Below the pieces are notes generated by a model. The model saw only the letters and a program-made list of their open reading frames with translations. It searched no databases and had not been told where the DNA came from. A DNA stretch of 64,000 bases from Octopus vulgaris (lineage: Eukaryota): NCBI GenBank assembly GCA_951406725.2, contig OX597832.1:47926001-47990000 (forward strand), written 5' to 3'. A program made the position numbers and the translations under genes. Shown in pieces: positions 61,218 through 64,000 of this stretch; the stretch's first letter is position 1; every line of letters begins with the position of its first letter.

Positions 61218-61612
61218 TCATCTTCCCTATTCCTATTTAACTTAATCACCTACCTATATTTTCTTATTCAGCTAATCACTATAAAGGCCTCACTTTCTTG
61301 AACTTTTTTCTTTCTTATTTATTTATTTGTGTGTGTGTATGAATTCAAGTCGCAACACAATGGGTGGGGTTATTATGACAGTCACTCTGTGCCCTTTTAA
61401 TAGAGAGAGTACCATAGCGGGTATTGTTACTTTCTGTTTGTCAAAAGGAAGAACAAGGTCACAAAACATCAGATTCTTCACATCTGTCATTTCCGTCAGC
61501 TGCTTCTCATATCCCGAAATTTCAGTTTCTCTCTGACGAAAGAATTTTTCTGAAAGAAGCAATGTCAGTGGCATGGATCTGTTTCTTGTTGATCTCTTGT
61601 CAGTGGATGATG

Positions 61613-61646
<34 letters not shown>

Positions 61647-61780
61647 TATTCGTTTGAAGACCATCCTCTATGACACATGTAAAATGGGATGGGGGGCTAC
61701 CACTGGCTTGGTTGTAGACTCAAGAGGCACCTTTCTTAGCCTGTCCATCAGTCATTGTTTTCTTCCGCTGTTTTAAATAT

Positions 61781-62184
61781 CTATTACTTTATTGCCCACA
61801 GGGGGCTAAACATAGAGGGGACACACAACGACAGACAAAGGAATTAAGTCGATTACATCGACCCCAGTGCATAACTGGTACTTATTTAATCGACCCCGAA
61901 AAGATGAAAGGCAAAGTTGACCTCGGCAGAATTTGAACTCAAAACGTAACAGCAGACAAAATACCTATTTCTTTACTACCCACAGAGGGAACAAACAAGG
62001 ACAGACAAAGGGATTAAGCTGATTATATCGAAATCAGTGCATTACTGGTACTTATTTTAATCGACCCTAAAAGGATGAAAGGCAAAGTCGACTTCGGTGG
62101 AATTTGAACTCAGAACGTAACGGCAGATGAAATACCGCTAAGCATTTCACTTGGCGTGCTGATGGTTCTGCCAACTCACCACCT
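61781..62184 (-). mobile_element. SINE family B dimer
   Basis: Head plus 2 bodies. Degenerate TSD GATATTT(A/G)AAA(C/T)AG on the minus strand. Confidence 0.85.
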
Positions 62185-62664
62185 ATTTCAAATATCATTC
62201 CGACTAACCGTGGTTTGCAGTCTCAATCTGTTTGCTCTGCTGTTGAGGTCTTAAGAGAGGTTGGTCTTGTTCAGCCTAGGTTTGCTTTTTTGACCTTATC
62301 ACCATGCATGGTAAACTTTCAGTATTGTTGCTCTGAGTAAGGTGGCCTTTCATGTGTTTCTACGCTCTGAGTTCAAATTTCACCAAGATCGACTTTACCT
62401 TTCATCCTTTCGGGGTCGATAAAATAAGTACCAGTCGAATGCTGGGGTTCACTGTAATTGTTTTGTCCCCTCCCCCAAATTACTGACCTTGTGCCAAAAT
62501 TTGAATCTCAATATTATTGCTTTCTGTCATTGGACCATGCATGCTTATCCACTGTGTCAAGGAACAGTCATCCGAGAGATGCATCATCTCCGTTGCATTT
62601 AAATAGAAATCAGCAAGGGTTGCTTAAAGGATAATCAACAATACCAGCTGCAACAGCAGCAGCA

Positions 62665-63010
62665 GGAGGTGCAATGGCCCCAGTGGTTAGGGCAGCGGAC
62701 TCGCGGTCGGAGGATCACAGTTTCGAATCCCAGACTGGGTGTTGTGTGTGTTTATTGAGCGAAAATGCCTAAAAGCTCCATGAGGCTCCGGCAGGGGATG
62801 GTGGCGACCCCTGTTGTACTCTTTCGCTCACTCTTTCTTCCTGTTTCTTGTCCCCGACTTCCTACGCAACCGCTGAGCCTGGATGCGCATTCATCCATCC
62901 GTCGATGCTCTCGGTGTCGGGGGTTGACCTGCTTTCTCTTCTGCGGGTCTTACGAATAGCAAAGGACCACGCTTCGGACTTCTCCCAGGCACTCAGCAAA
63001 CAAACAAACA
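62665..63010 (+). mobile_element. SINE family D (tRNA-Arg-like head)
   Basis: Inverted match to 17170-17553, flanked by ACAGCAGCA direct repeats. Confidence 0.85.
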
Positions 63011-63138
63011 GGCAAACAGACAGCAGCATCAAGGTAGTAAAAATACAAATGCAGGTTTTGTTACTGGTGTGTCATTGTAAGTTTTGAAATGTATTCTGTA
63101 AGAAATTTGAAATGATGTTGCAGTTGTCTGTATATTGA

Positions 63139-63480
63139 CATCATCAACATCATCGTTTAACGTCCGTTTTCCGCGCTAGCATGAGTTGGACGGTTCGACC
63201 GGGGTCTGGGAAGCCAGGGGCTGCACCAGGCTCCAGTCTGATCTGGCAGAGTTTCTACAGCTGGATGCCCTTCCTAACGCCAACCACTCCGCGAGTGTAG
63301 TGGGTACTCTCTACGTGCCACCTGCACAGGTGCCGGGGGGGGGGGGGGGTCCGGCATCGGCCACGATCGGTTGGAGCTTTTAACATGCCACCGGCACGGG
63401 AGCCAGCCAAGGCGGCGCTGGCAACGGCCACGTTCGGATGGTGCTTTTTATGTGCAACCGGCACTGGAGCCAGTCGTGAC
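63139..63480 (-). mobile_element. Family C retroposon
   Basis: Family C consensus. Confidence 0.8.
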
Positions 63481-64000
63481 ATAGCTGTTACATTTCTAAA
63501 ATTGTACCCATTTGAGTTTTTTCTGTGTTTTGTGAAACATTTTCACTACCTACAGCAGCCGAAAATTTATTTTCTGATTTGCAAACAGGCCAGGGTAGTA
63601 TCTAATCTACCATACTCTCTGGTATTAGTCAATCACAATCACATTTTGTGCGTCTTTCATCCGCAATAAACACACACACACAAACATACACTCACACATT
63701 TTCTCTGTTTCTCTTTTTATGTGTATACAGGCTTCATACCTATGCACACACAAAACCTGTGCATGCAAGCTGTCCCCTTAGGCAAAGGTTGCTTTGGAGG
63801 CTTTTAAGAAAAAAATTTGTGCTCATTTCAGAAACTTGACGTGGTAACATATATTACCTATCTCTCCACGTGTGTGTGTGTGAGTGTATGTGTTTGTGTC
63901 TGTGTGTGTGTGGAGAGAGAGACACGCATACACACAAACTTACATATTTATCTATCTATCTATCTATCTAGAATGTCTCATCCAATAACACACATCCCTA

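Overview
Eukaryotic, AT-rich, repeat-dense DNA. The SINE and microsatellite landscape suggests an octopus or other coleoid cephalopod (inference). One + strand protein-coding gene spans the window. I traced 12 GT-AG exons (1629-59959) whose intron phases all match, giving 4485 nt / 1495 codons of uninterrupted frame. The protein is a long Ser/Thr-rich disordered region followed by a basic NLS-like motif and a C-terminal bromodomain. The gene start lies upstream of the window and the last exon is uncertain. Introns contain at least five short retroposon families, RTE, Tx1-like and RLE-type LINE fragments, Penelope-like fragments, Helitrons, piggyBac/hAT/Merlin/mariner-like MITEs and minisatellites. 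Highlights: (1) a complete type I hammerhead ribozyme on the pre-mRNA strand at 21027-21086, plus a dispersed family of minimal hammerhead variants; (2) a SINE that occurs as head-to-tail multimers with a fixed AG|GTATTT junction, bounded by single target-site duplications, with a candidate partner LINE tail in the same window; (3) a 199-bp tandem array of an RTE 3' end; (4) a ~280-bp chimeric fold-back and inverted SINE pairs next to exons, which are candidate A-to-I editing or circRNA substrates. No CRISPR array, rRNA or true tRNA gene was seen. Repeat boundaries were read by eye and are approximate; family names are by motif recognition, not database search.
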